Assembly (NCBI GenBank): GCA_964561525.1
Contig: CAZLPY010000003.1
Span: 1 to 50,327, forward strand
DNA from: an uncultured Candidatus Saccharibacteria bacterium
GTDB taxonomy: Bacteria > Patescibacteriota > UBA1384 > CAJBMM01
Direction: 5' to 3'
DNA: 50,327 nt
The notes beneath the pieces were generated by a model, which was given only the letters and a program-made list of their open reading frames with translations, was not told the origin of the DNA and made no database searches. Both the position numbers and the translations under genes were made by a program. Shown one piece after another: positions 16,944 to 24,540 of the stretch; within the stretch, counting starts at the first letter, position 1; each line of letters opens with the position of its first letter.

Positions 16944-17239
16944 GGTGCTTTTCCAGTGGTGACTCCAGGTTTTGGTGCAGGGCTGATTGGTTGCTTTGCC
17001 GGTTCCCAAGTGATCCAGTAGAGCGCTCCGATGAGGATGACAGCAAACAACGTGCCGATTGTCAGGTAAAAGCCAAAAGCGTTGGCTTGCTTGGCCTCTG
17101 TGTCCTGTTCAACAAGATCGACAACGGTAAATCCCTGCTTTACCAGCCGGGCATCCAGTTCGACGGCTGATGCCGCAATGCTATAGTCATCTCGCAGAGT
17201 TCCCTGTGCATCCCGAACGAAATAATGAAAAACAGCCAT
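16940..17239 (-). CDS. small membrane protein with GspF/PilC-N-terminal-like motif (99 aa)
   Basis: GGGGGAG Shine-Dalgarno. The N-terminus MAVFHYFVRDAQGTLRDDYSIAASAVELDARLVKQGFTVVDLVE matches the F.Y.arD..G....g.i.A.s...a...L...G pattern of T2SS/T4P platform proteins. Followed by one TM and a Pro-rich tail. Confidence 0.55.
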   Translation of the reverse strand: MAVFHYFVRDAQGTLRDDYSIAASAVELDARLVKQGFTVVDLVEQDTEAKQANAFGFYLTIGTLFAVILIGALYWITWEPAKQPISPAPKPGVTTGKAP

Positions 17240-17403
17240 TGCTCGTCTCCCCCTTGTCAGTTGTCAAGATGCTGAAAAACCACGGCATTGTCCGCATTAT
17301 ACCACAGTTTTGATTACAATACTAGAATGGTTCGTGATTGTGTTGGTGACCACAAGCTGGCCTAGGAAGAGAGTAGCGTATACGTTTTGTGGCTAGAGAT
17401 CGA

Positions 17404-17754
17404 TTAAGCTTTGAGTAGCTCTTCAAATTTTTCTTTAAGTTTTGGCTTGGGCCAAGCGCCGATGGTTTGATTAACCATCTTGCCATCTTTAAAGTACATC
17501 ACGGTCGGGATGCTCATAATGCGGTAGGCCTCTTGGGTCTTAGGGTTGGCGTCCACATCCAATTTACACACCTTTATTTTACCCGCATATTCCTCGGCTA
17601 GTTCATCCAAAATTGGTGATAATACGCGACACGGCCCACACCAAATTGCCCAGCAGTCCACTACTACCGGTAGGTCACTTTTCATTACTTCGTCTTCGAA
17701 CGTGGCGTCAGTAATGTCTATCGTATGTTTTTTGGGCTGATCTTCCGGCATCAC
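17404..17754 (-). CDS. trxA: thioredoxin
   Basis: 116 aa with the WCGPC active site. Confidence 0.9.
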   Translation of the reverse strand: MMPEDQPKKHTIDITDATFEDEVMKSDLPVVVDCWAIWCGPCRVLSPILDELAEEYAGKIKVCKLDVDANPKTQEAYRIMSIPTVMYFKDGKMVNQTIGAWPKPKLKEKFEELLKA

Positions 17755-17811
17755 ATCTCCTTAGTTTTTCTTTTATCATAACACAGATGTCAAATGTTAT
17801 TTACATTTTTA

Positions 17812-18300
17812 CTACTCTTTCACCTCAACCGCCACTGGCTTAGAGAGCGTGTCAAGATTGTTCGATTTTGTAGCTTCAAACCGAGCCACCAGCCATTTTA
17901 TGACGTAGGTTACCAGTGCGTCAGTGGACGGAAGTAGCTTTGCTTCAAGAGTTGAAATGAGAACACCCTGTTGCAAGTTGATCGAGATACTAAGAGCCAG
18001 TATCTGATAAAGATTATTGAGGTTACTATCCGAGTGTGGGAGGTGTATAAACAACTCGGCCGGTGCGCCATCATCAAATAATCCGACCGTAATGAACGCT
18101 GTCCCATAATCTGACTCAAACTGATGCGTAATTGCCGGTCGCTCTGCTCCGAGCTCGCGCTTCAGTGGTCGATCAGTATTGTCAACAAACAATGACTCCC
18201 CTGCTGGCTGCCCTGGTAGTTGCTTTTCCAAGTCGGCAATAGAAAGTTCGGTGGTCAATATCTCGATCGAGTTCTGCTTTGGTACGGTGCTGTCAACCAT
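17812..18300 (-). CDS. TSCPD-like domain protein (resembles the class II ribonucleotide reductase C-terminal domain), lacking the Cys motif
   Basis: ERPAITHQFESDYGTAFITVGLFDDGAPAELFIHLPHSDSNLNNLYQILALSISINLQQGV follows the rP..l.G.t....t..G.lyvtv..d..g.P.Evfi......s......al.rliS..L..G pattern. Starts 14 nt after the ftsZ stop. Confidence 0.5.
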   Translation of the reverse strand: MVDSTVPKQNSIEILTTELSIADLEKQLPGQPAGESLFVDNTDRPLKRELGAERPAITHQFESDYGTAFITVGLFDDGAPAELFIHLPHSDSNLNNLYQILALSISINLQQGVLISTLEAKLLPSTDALVTYVIKWLVARFEATKSNNLDTLSKPVAVEVKE

Positions 18301-18314
18301 CTTTTAGGGGACGA

Positions 18315-19517
18315 TTATTTAAGCTTGCGGCGAATGAACGCTGGTACATCGAGTTGATCTTCATCATCCTTTGGAGTTTCTGTGGCATCCGGTTGATCAG
18401 ATGCTGGCTCTTCAGGACGACGGAATCCAAATCGCTCCATTGGGTCCCGCACCGGCTCAGATTGGCGGGCTGGACTGACAGGACTAAGTGGCTGCCGAGT
18501 GCCGGTTTGGCCAACGCCAAACTGGGCCACGGTGCCCCCGAGTCCTGGTTTGCGCGGCGGCCGCAACTCTCCCTCAAAGCCGGTTGCAATTACTGTTACC
18601 TTTACTTCACCCGACATGGCGTCGTCAATTATCGCACCAAAGATAATGTTCGCATCCGGATCGGCCGCTTCGGTGATCGTTTTAGCGGCTTCATCAATTT
18701 CATACATCCCTAAGTCGGGTCCGCCAGTAATATTAAACAAAATGCCTTTTGCGCCATCAATCGAAAGTTCAAGTAACGGACTTTCGATAGCGGCACGGGC
18801 TGCCTCAACCGCACGATTGTCCCCTGCCCCGCGACCGATACCCATTAAGGCTGATCCAGCATCGGACATGATAGTACGGACATCGGCGAAGTCGACGTTG
18901 ATGATACCGTGCAATGTAATTAAATCTGAGATACCCTGCACACCTTGGCGCAGTACATCGTCCACAATGCCAAAGGCGTCGGACAGTGAGGTTTTTTTAT
19001 CAATTACTTGCAGCAGTCGGTCATTCGGGATCGTAATGAGCGTGTCGACGTTACCTTTGAGTTCGGCAATGCCCTCTTCGGCCACTTTGCGCCGCCGCTG
19101 GCCTTCAAAGCTAAATGGTTTGGTCACAACACCTACCGTGAGCGCACCGAGTTCACGCGCTATGCCGGCTACAATTGGTGCCGCACCGGTGCCGGTGCCA
19201 CCACCGGCTCCATAGGTTACAAACACCATATCGGCACCTTTGAGCGCCTCGTACACCTCTTCTTTATTTTCTTCGATAGCGTGTTGGCCGACTTCCGGAT
19301 CGGCTCCACTGCCGAGGCCTCGAGTACTTTCTTTGCCAATTTGGATTTTGATCGAAGCATCGTTGTGTGAAAGTGCCTGCGCATCGGTATTAATGGCCAC
19401 AAACTCGATGCTGCGGAGCTTGGAATTAATCATCCGATTAATTGCTGAATTGCCTGAACCACCAACTCCAACCACTTTGATGATGGCAAAATTATCTGAG
19501 TCTACTCGTTTTTCCAC
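18315..19517 (-). CDS. ftsZ: cell division protein FtsZ
   Basis: [13 protein letters not shown] and the [10 protein letters not shown] tubulin signature. GTG start with AAGGAG Shine-Dalgarno. The C-terminal linker ends in DVPAFIRRK. Confidence 0.95.
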   Translation of the reverse strand: MEKRVDSDNFAIIKVVGVGGSGNSAINRMINSKLRSIEFVAINTDAQALSHNDASIKIQIGKESTRGLGSGADPEVGQHAIEENKEEVYEALKGADMVFVTYGAGGGTGTGAAPIVAGIARELGALTVGVVTKPFSFEGQRRRKVAEEGIAELKGNVDTLITIPNDRLLQVIDKKTSLSDAFGIVDDVLRQGVQGISDLITLHGIINVDFADVRTIMSDAGSALMGIGRGAGDNRAVEAARAAIESPLLELSIDGAKGILFNITGGPDLGMYEIDEAAKTITEAADPDANIIFGAIIDDAMSGEVKVTVIATGFEGELRPPRKPGLGGTVAQFGVGQTGTRQPLSPVSPARQSEPVRDPMERFGFRRPEEPASDQPDATETPKDDEDQLDVPAFIRRKLK

Positions 19518-19945
19518 AGTGGCTCCTTAACCGTTTGACTTAACGAATGAGATCATCAACCGATGCTTTGTACCCCTCATGGCCGCTATGTACCATAGAA
19601 CTGTGGGGACTTGTGCGATCACAAACATCATGAATCAGAAAAGCATCCGCGAACAGTCGCTTATCTTTGCTTCTATGCGAAAATGGGCGCCCCACCGCTT
19701 TTGTCGCACCTTAGTTGTATCTTGCTTTTACCGTCATTGTCAATACTTAGTCGGCGAAAATTACCGTGTAGTATGTTTGTGGTTACGATGTATAGCCCGA
19801 GTTGCCACCCAGATGCTAGTGACTCTTCGCTTTTTGAAGCTCTAGCAATGTTTCGGCTCGTGGCCGAACTTTTCTGATGAAAAGATTCGTCTGCCTGTGC
19901 CAAACAACTGCCTCGAGCGACGGGCTTCGGGTCACCACGCTATCG

Positions 19946-21226
19946 CTAGGGCATGAATTGCTTAAAAAAGCCCCGAGCCCGATTGATGGTTTGGCCAAGC
20001 CGAGGCAATTCTAGTCGACCGCCGGCATGCGAGGCAGCGGTACTGAGGTTCCACATCATTAATCCGACGCTCGTAGCATAGATTGGGTCATTAAGCTTAT
20101 CAACCATTCCGGAAAGGGGTGCCAAAGGCGCTCCGACTTGAGCTGGAAGGCGGAGCGTTTCTTTAACCAGTTCTACTATGCCGTCTATTTGACAGCCACC
20201 ACCGGTCAGTACAATGCCAGCTGGCAGCATGCCATCGCGACCGATTTTACGCAGGTCGTCTCGTAGCATTAACAATATTTCATTCATTCGTGCCTCAATG
20301 ATCTCAGCAACGTATTTGAGACTGACATTGCCCGAATCGTGTTCACTGACTGTGGTTAAATCAAGAGCATCTTTGTCATGAAAACCCTCCGCGCTGGCCG
20401 ATCCGTGTTTCATTTTAATGGTCTCTGCCACATCAATTGAGGTGCGGAGCCCAATGGCGATATCGTTAGTGATGTGCCCTGAGCCAAGCGGGATAGCGAG
20501 AGTATGCAGCACATCTCCTTCTTCAAACACCGTCATGGTCGTAGTGTAGGCGCCGATATCGATTAAGGCCACGCCAAGATCGAGCTGTTTTTTGGACAGC
20601 AGCGAGCGAGCGGTAGCGAGTGGTGAGTAGACGATTTCTTGAATGTCTAAGCCCGCTTGAAACACCGAGCGAGTCAAATTTTTGACGGCGGTTGAAGAAG
20701 CGGAGATGATCACCGCCTCAGCTTCGAGGCGAATGCCGGTCATTCCAACTGGATCGACGATGCCCTCTGTCGAATCAACAATGTAGGAGCGTGGGATGAT
20801 ATGTAAAATCTCCCGGTTTTGGATGTTTGGTAGTACTCGCGCTGCCTGAATAACGCGATTAACGTCATTTTCGCTAATTTCGCCGTCTGCCCTCGAAATC
20901 GCAATCACACCTTTGCCAACCGTTGATTCAATGTGCGGCCCGCTGATGCCAACCACTGCAGATTGTATGGCCGCTCCGCACATGTGCTCAGCCTCTTCGA
21001 GGCTTTGCGAAATGGCGCTGATGGTTTCGTCCAAATCAACTACCAATCCTTTGCGGGTACCGGCAGATGGGGCTGACCCAAGGCCAATTATATCAACGAT
21101 CCCATCTTGAAACTGGCCAACACAGGTAGCGATTTTGGTAGTGCCGACATCGAGGCCGGCGATGATTGAGCGTTTTGAATTAGCGATTTTGTAGTCCCTC
21201 CCCACATCAGAAATTGCTCCTATCAT
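19946..21226 (-). CDS. ftsA: cell division protein FtsA
   Basis: Actin-like ATPase motifs (GLDVGTTKI, DIGAYTT, VLTGGG). Start taken at ATG 21226; the longer ORF overlaps the upstream gene and its terminator. Confidence 0.9.
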   Translation of the reverse strand: MIGAISDVGRDYKIANSKRSIIAGLDVGTTKIATCVGQFQDGIVDIIGLGSAPSAGTRKGLVVDLDETISAISQSLEEAEHMCGAAIQSAVVGISGPHIESTVGKGVIAISRADGEISENDVNRVIQAARVLPNIQNREILHIIPRSYIVDSTEGIVDPVGMTGIRLEAEAVIISASSTAVKNLTRSVFQAGLDIQEIVYSPLATARSLLSKKQLDLGVALIDIGAYTTTMTVFEEGDVLHTLAIPLGSGHITNDIAIGLRTSIDVAETIKMKHGSASAEGFHDKDALDLTTVSEHDSGNVSLKYVAEIIEARMNEILLMLRDDLRKIGRDGMLPAGIVLTGGGCQIDGIVELVKETLRLPAQVGAPLAPLSGMVDKLNDPIYATSVGLMMWNLSTAASHAGGRLELPRLGQTINRARGFFKQFMP

Positions 21227-21265
21227 TCTACACTGCTTTTTGCTCAATAGTAAAGAACAAAATAG

Positions 21266-21300
21266 AAATAAAAATACCGCTTTGTGGGGCGACAAAGCGG
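21266..21300 (-). terminator. intrinsic terminator after the CheR-like gene
   Basis: 9-bp stem CCGCTTTGT/ACAAAGCGG (21277-21300) abutting the stop codon, followed on the minus strand by TATTTTTATTT. Confidence 0.55.
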
Positions 21301-22092
21301 TTAGCGAACACGGCGGTAAAAATCTTTGTTCAGTCGGCGCAGTCCAAGCTCTGCACAATCACGACGTGAACTACGGTGGTCAGTACACAGAACTCCCCCG
21401 AGACTGAGCGATCCGATCAGGCGTCTTGCTACGTCATCCCACAATGATTGCGAGAGGTACATCTCGACGTTGCGGTAAATCACCAGGTCAAAATCGGTTG
21501 GATAGACCTCCCTGACTAAGTCGTGGCAGGAAAATACAGTATTTGCTCGGATATGGTCTTTGATCAGCCACTGATTCCGACCAAGCCGCCTAAAGAACTG
21601 CCGGTAGGACCTATTGTGAATGTAAGACATGTCTAAGTCGGAGTACGCTCCTGTCCGAGCAGCAGCAACGCATTGATCATTGATGTCGGTGCCGTAAAGC
21701 GAGTAGCTTGCTTCGGGATTGAGCGTTGAAAGTATCATTGCAATGGTGTAGAGTTGTTGTCCCTGAGCGCATCCTGGATTCCATACGCGAACTTCCTTGC
21801 TTGTTTTAATGAGCGTCGGCAGAATGCATTTGTACAGTCTCGAGCATACGGCTTCTTCGCGGAAAAACCATGAGACAGGGGTACTGAGGAACATTCGAGC
21901 AATGCCCCACTCCTCATCGTGAGTTTCAAGATCGTCCAGATATTGGTCAATCGTCATTTGCAAATCATCCGCTCGGCGCGCGAGACGGATTGAAGTGTTG
22001 TCATGCATCCGATACGATTCCAAATCGATGCCTGTTCGCGCACGCAAAAGTGCAGCATAACGATCATATTGCTCATGATCGATATGCAGCAT
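21301..22092 (-). CDS. CheR-type SAM-dependent protein methyltransferase (orphan)
   Basis: WFFRE, VRVWNPGCAQGQQLYTIAM, GTDIN...A..G.Y and FDLVIYRNVEMYL match the CheR consensus blocks. Start taken at ATG 22092. Confidence 0.8.
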   Translation of the reverse strand: MLHIDHEQYDRYAALLRARTGIDLESYRMHDNTSIRLARRADDLQMTIDQYLDDLETHDEEWGIARMFLSTPVSWFFREEAVCSRLYKCILPTLIKTSKEVRVWNPGCAQGQQLYTIAMILSTLNPEASYSLYGTDINDQCVAAARTGAYSDLDMSYIHNRSYRQFFRRLGRNQWLIKDHIRANTVFSCHDLVREVYPTDFDLVIYRNVEMYLSQSLWDDVARRLIGSLSLGGVLCTDHRSSRRDCAELGLRRLNKDFYRRVR

Positions 22093-22187
22093 CAAGTCTG
22101 ATCCGCCAATATCGATCACGTCGACCTCCGTAATGTAAAAGATCACACAATGCGGAGACTATATTATGACATAGTTTGTGGTATAAA

Positions 22188-22574
22188 TCAATTGTAGAGG
22201 TAGTATATATGCCGAAAGTAAGGATAAAAAATTAAAATAGCCACGACGAGCGCGATGCCGGCGGAGATAAAAACGGCGCCAGCCATTGCATCCTTAATTT
22301 TGCGCACGGTCTCATGCTCCTGAGGGTGGAGTAAATCGAGCAACTTTTCAATTGCGGTGTTCGTTATCTCCATCGCAAAAACCAACACCACCGCAAAGAA
22401 TAATATGGCTGCCTCGGTGTGGTTGACCCGAAACAAAATGGCCATCAAAAATACTAACAGCATTGCTCCAAAGTGAATGCGGGCGTTTTGTTCAGTTGAG
22501 AGCAGCCGGTTAATGCCGCGAATGGCGTGACTGAAACTGCGTAACAATTTGTTCCCATCGATTAAATTCATCAT
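22188..22574 (-). CDS. dgkA: diacylglycerol/undecaprenol kinase DgkA family
   Basis: 128 aa, 3 TM, with NARIH and EITNTAIE motifs. The ORF overlaps the ybeY 3' end by 65 nt. Confidence 0.85.
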   Translation of the reverse strand: MMNLIDGNKLLRSFSHAIRGINRLLSTEQNARIHFGAMLLVFLMAILFRVNHTEAAILFFAVVLVFAMEITNTAIEKLLDLLHPQEHETVRKIKDAMAGAVFISAGIALVVAILIFYPYFRHIYYLYN

Positions 22575-23022
22575 CGGTTTCGTGATCGTATCCTAATAAG
22601 TGCATTAAGCCGTGCACTACTAAAAATAAATATACGTCTTTTTGGGCGATGTCACCATAGGTACCCCTCTGCCACGTGGTTCGAGCAACCTCGGGACAGA
22701 GGACAATGGAGCCTAGTGGTAGAATTTGGAATGGATTCGACAAGTTTAGACCATGAGCTCCGCCGAACTGGCTCACCATGGGTTTAGAATTTAGAATTTC
22801 GGATTTTTCCCCAACGGGGAAACTTAGGACATCGGTCGGTTTATATTGATTACGATGGCGGCGGTTTAAGCTCTGCATTTTTTGTGGTCCGACGATCTGT
22901 AGCTCGAGGTACACGGTGCCTGAGACGTTCTGCGACACCAAAAAATCACGAATGGTTTGTCTTAAACGACCAACCGGAATTCGTGATTTGACGGATTTGT
23001 GATAGTCGAGTAGGAGCTTCAT
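22510..23022 (-). CDS. ybeY: rRNA maturation endoribonuclease YbeY
   Basis: HGLMHLLGYDH zinc motif and TDVLSFP. Contains a roughly 25-aa word-rich insertion (EKSEILNSKPMVSQFGGAHGLNLSNPFQI). Confidence 0.85.
   Translation of the reverse strand: MKLLLDYHKSVKSRIPVGRLRQTIRDFLVSQNVSGTVYLELQIVGPQKMQSLNRRHRNQYKPTDVLSFPVGEKSEILNSKPMVSQFGGAHGLNLSNPFQILPLGSIVLCPEVARTTWQRGTYGDIAQKDVYLFLVVHGLMHLLGYDHETDDEFNRWEQIVTQFQSRHSRH
22718..22808. repeat. TAGAAT/CGGATT word-rich segment in frame inside ybeY
   Basis: GGTAGAATTTGGAATGGATTCGACAAGTTTAGACC ... GGTTTAGAATTTAGAATTTCGGATTTTT flank a short inverted repeat (TGAGC/GCTCA with CCATG/CATGG). Confidence 0.35.
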
Positions 23023-23468
23023 TACTGCAATAACGTACGCAATATCCCAGTGACCCTTGCCCCATCGGCTCGGCCCTTAAATTTTGGCATCACCGCGGCC
23101 ATTACTTTGCCGGTGTCGGCGGCAGAGGCAGCGCCGATTTGCGAAATAACGCGCCGTAGCTCCTCAGTGATTTCATCATCAGATAATTGCTGCGGCACAA
23201 ATTGCTCGAGCAACGCGGCCTCTTTTTGCTCTTTTTGGGCCAGCTCCGGTCGTCCACCAGTTTGATACATAGTGGCTGCATCGCTCCGCTTCTTGACTTC
23301 TTTTTGCAGTATCGAAATCTCATCAGCCTCAGTCAACGCATGATCATCCTTGGCGATAGTGGCGTTTTGCAAAGCAGTTTTGGCCATGCGAAGGGTGTCG
23401 AGGGAAAATTGATCCCCTGCTTTCATGGCCTCGGTAATTTTAGTAGAAATAGATTCGAGAATTGTCAT
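23022..23468 (-). CDS. yqeY: GatB/YqeY domain protein
   Basis: 148 aa with the typical YqeY pattern (LRMAKTALQN..I, ILQKEVKKR, GKVMAAVMPKFKGRADG). rpsU-yqeY synteny. Confidence 0.85.
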   Translation of the reverse strand: MTILESISTKITEAMKAGDQFSLDTLRMAKTALQNATIAKDDHALTEADEISILQKEVKKRSDAATMYQTGGRPELAQKEQKEAALLEQFVPQQLSDDEITEELRRVISQIGAASAADTGKVMAAVMPKFKGRADGARVTGILRTLLQ

Positions 23469-23471
23469 ATT

Positions 23472-23559
23472 AAATCCTAAATCTCAAATTCGAAATTCGA
23501 AACAATGGCTAAATTCCAAATTCTTTTATTCGGATTTCGTGCTTCGGATTTCGGATTTT
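23472..23559. repeat. CGAAAT/CGGATT word inverted repeat (rpsU-yqeY spacer)
   Basis: Left arm AAATCCTAAATCTCAAATTCGAAATTCGAAA and right arm TTCGGATTTCGTGCTTCGGATTTCGGATTTT. Arm pairing needs many G-U pairs and is better for a plus-strand transcript. Confidence 0.5.
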
Positions 23560-23560
23560 A

Positions 23561-23755
23561 TTAATACCCACGCTTTACCGCTTTTCGCTCGGCTTTGCGA
23601 ATGGCGGACATTCGGCGTTGGGTGCGGGAAGGCTCCTCGAGGCGATATCGCTTGCGTTTGACGATACTCAAAAGGCCGCTTTGTTGGATATCACGGTTAA
23701 AGCGGCGCAGTAATACGTCAAATCGTTCATGCTCTTTTTTACGAACTTCAGTCAA
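23561..23755 (-). CDS. rpsU: 30S ribosomal protein S21
   Basis: M-TEVRKKEHERFDVLLRRFNRDIQQSGLL... matches S21. Start taken as TTG 23755, about 7 nt after GAGGTGA, rather than the ORF-track ATG 23776. Confidence 0.85.
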   Translation of the reverse strand: MTEVRKKEHERFDVLLRRFNRDIQQSGLLSIVKRKRYRLEEPSRTQRRMSAIRKAERKAVKRGY

Positions 23756-23792
23756 AACTAATTCACCTCTTCCCAAAACGTTTAGTGGCTCT

Positions 23793-23821
23793 ATAGTACC
23801 ATATTCTGAGGTGGGTGTCTA
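23793..23821 (-). promoter_or_regulatory. sigma70-like promoter for the rpsU operon
   Basis: TAGACA (23821..23816), a 17-nt spacer, then TACTAT (23798..23793) with an extended TGn. Confidence 0.45.
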
Positions 23822-23971
23822 GGAGGCCATGAATCACGTAGCATGGATCACGTAACATCAAGCATTTGATCCTCTTTTCCTCGCTAGGAGTGTCGTTAGG
23901 CCATTTGGCTCTGAGTTCTAGAGCGGCCTCATCGCTCAGGTTCGAATGAGGTGATGTCCTATGCCCGTGTT

Positions 23972-24358
23972 CTACGTATATTGACTGACTGGATTACCTT
24001 TAGCGCTGGTCATCGGTCCAAGCTCAGCTCCTCCCAGTAGGTGCGCATGTATATGATCTACAATTTGATTGGCAGCTGAACCGGTGTTAATTACCACACG
24101 GTACCCTTCCTTTTCCAGGCCTTTGCGCCGGGCAATTTCAGCGGCAGCGAGCATCATGGCTCCCAAGATGGCATTATTATCGCGTGATGCTTCACGAAGT
24201 GTGGGGATATGTTGCTTCGGAATCACTAAAATATGTATTGGTGCATTCGGCTGAATATCCCAAAACGCTATTACGTCATTATCTTGATATTCTATTTGCG
24301 CCGGGCTTTTACCACCCGCAATACGGCAAAAAATGCAATTGTCCCGTATCTCATCCAT
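23972..24358 (-). CDS. HIT-family (histidine triad) nucleotide hydrolase
   Basis: 128 aa with C-terminal HIHAHLLGG (HxHxHxx) and N-terminal CIFCRI. Confidence 0.85.
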   Translation of the reverse strand: MDEIRDNCIFCRIAGGKSPAQIEYQDNDVIAFWDIQPNAPIHILVIPKQHIPTLREASRDNNAILGAMMLAAAEIARRKGLEKEGYRVVINTGSAANQIVDHIHAHLLGGAELGPMTSAKGNPVSQYT

Positions 24359-24420
24359 TCATACTCCTAATATACTGCATGATACTTCTCACGTTCTCGA
24401 GATGCAACTTTTTACTAATT

Positions 24421-24458
24421 AAAAACAGGGTGGGAGGCTAGATTAGCCTCCCACCCTG
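24421..24458 (-). terminator. strong intrinsic terminator after purB
   Basis: Perfect 15-bp stem CAGGGTGGGAGGCTA/TAGCCTCCCACCCTG (24426-24458) with a 3-nt loop, followed on the minus strand by TTTTTAATT. Confidence 0.7.
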
Positions 24459-24540
24459 ATTGTTCTCATCGCATACATTGTCCTTTAAAGGAAATAGTAG
24501 GGCTGGGTTTTTGCGCCGGCCCTGGGAGTTGAAAATACGG

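Noticed and set aside
18499-19215. 238-aa plus-strand ORF antisense to ftsZ. Similar long antisense ORFs occur at 34117..34713 (pyrE), 41672..42241 (clpC), 24836..25854 (purB), 28008..28484 and 8772..9086.
   Set aside because: These are shadow ORFs on the opposite strand of well-supported G+C-rich genes. Their composition is low-complexity Ala/Pro/Ser/Arg, with no Shine-Dalgarno and no recognisable domains.
22510-22574. 65-nt overlap of ybeY and dgkA as a possible fusion or frameshift site.
   Set aside because: Both proteins are complete in their own frames. YbeY has its HGxxHLxGYDH motif and a normal C-terminal tail, and DgkA starts with the usual basic N-terminus. A long overlap or a slightly later dgkA start explains it.
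23900-23960. tRNA gene suggested by GGTTCGAAT and a D-arm-like GCTC...GAGC.
   Set aside because: No acceptor stem, anticodon arm or proper 5-bp T-stem can be formed. At most it is a tRNA fragment.
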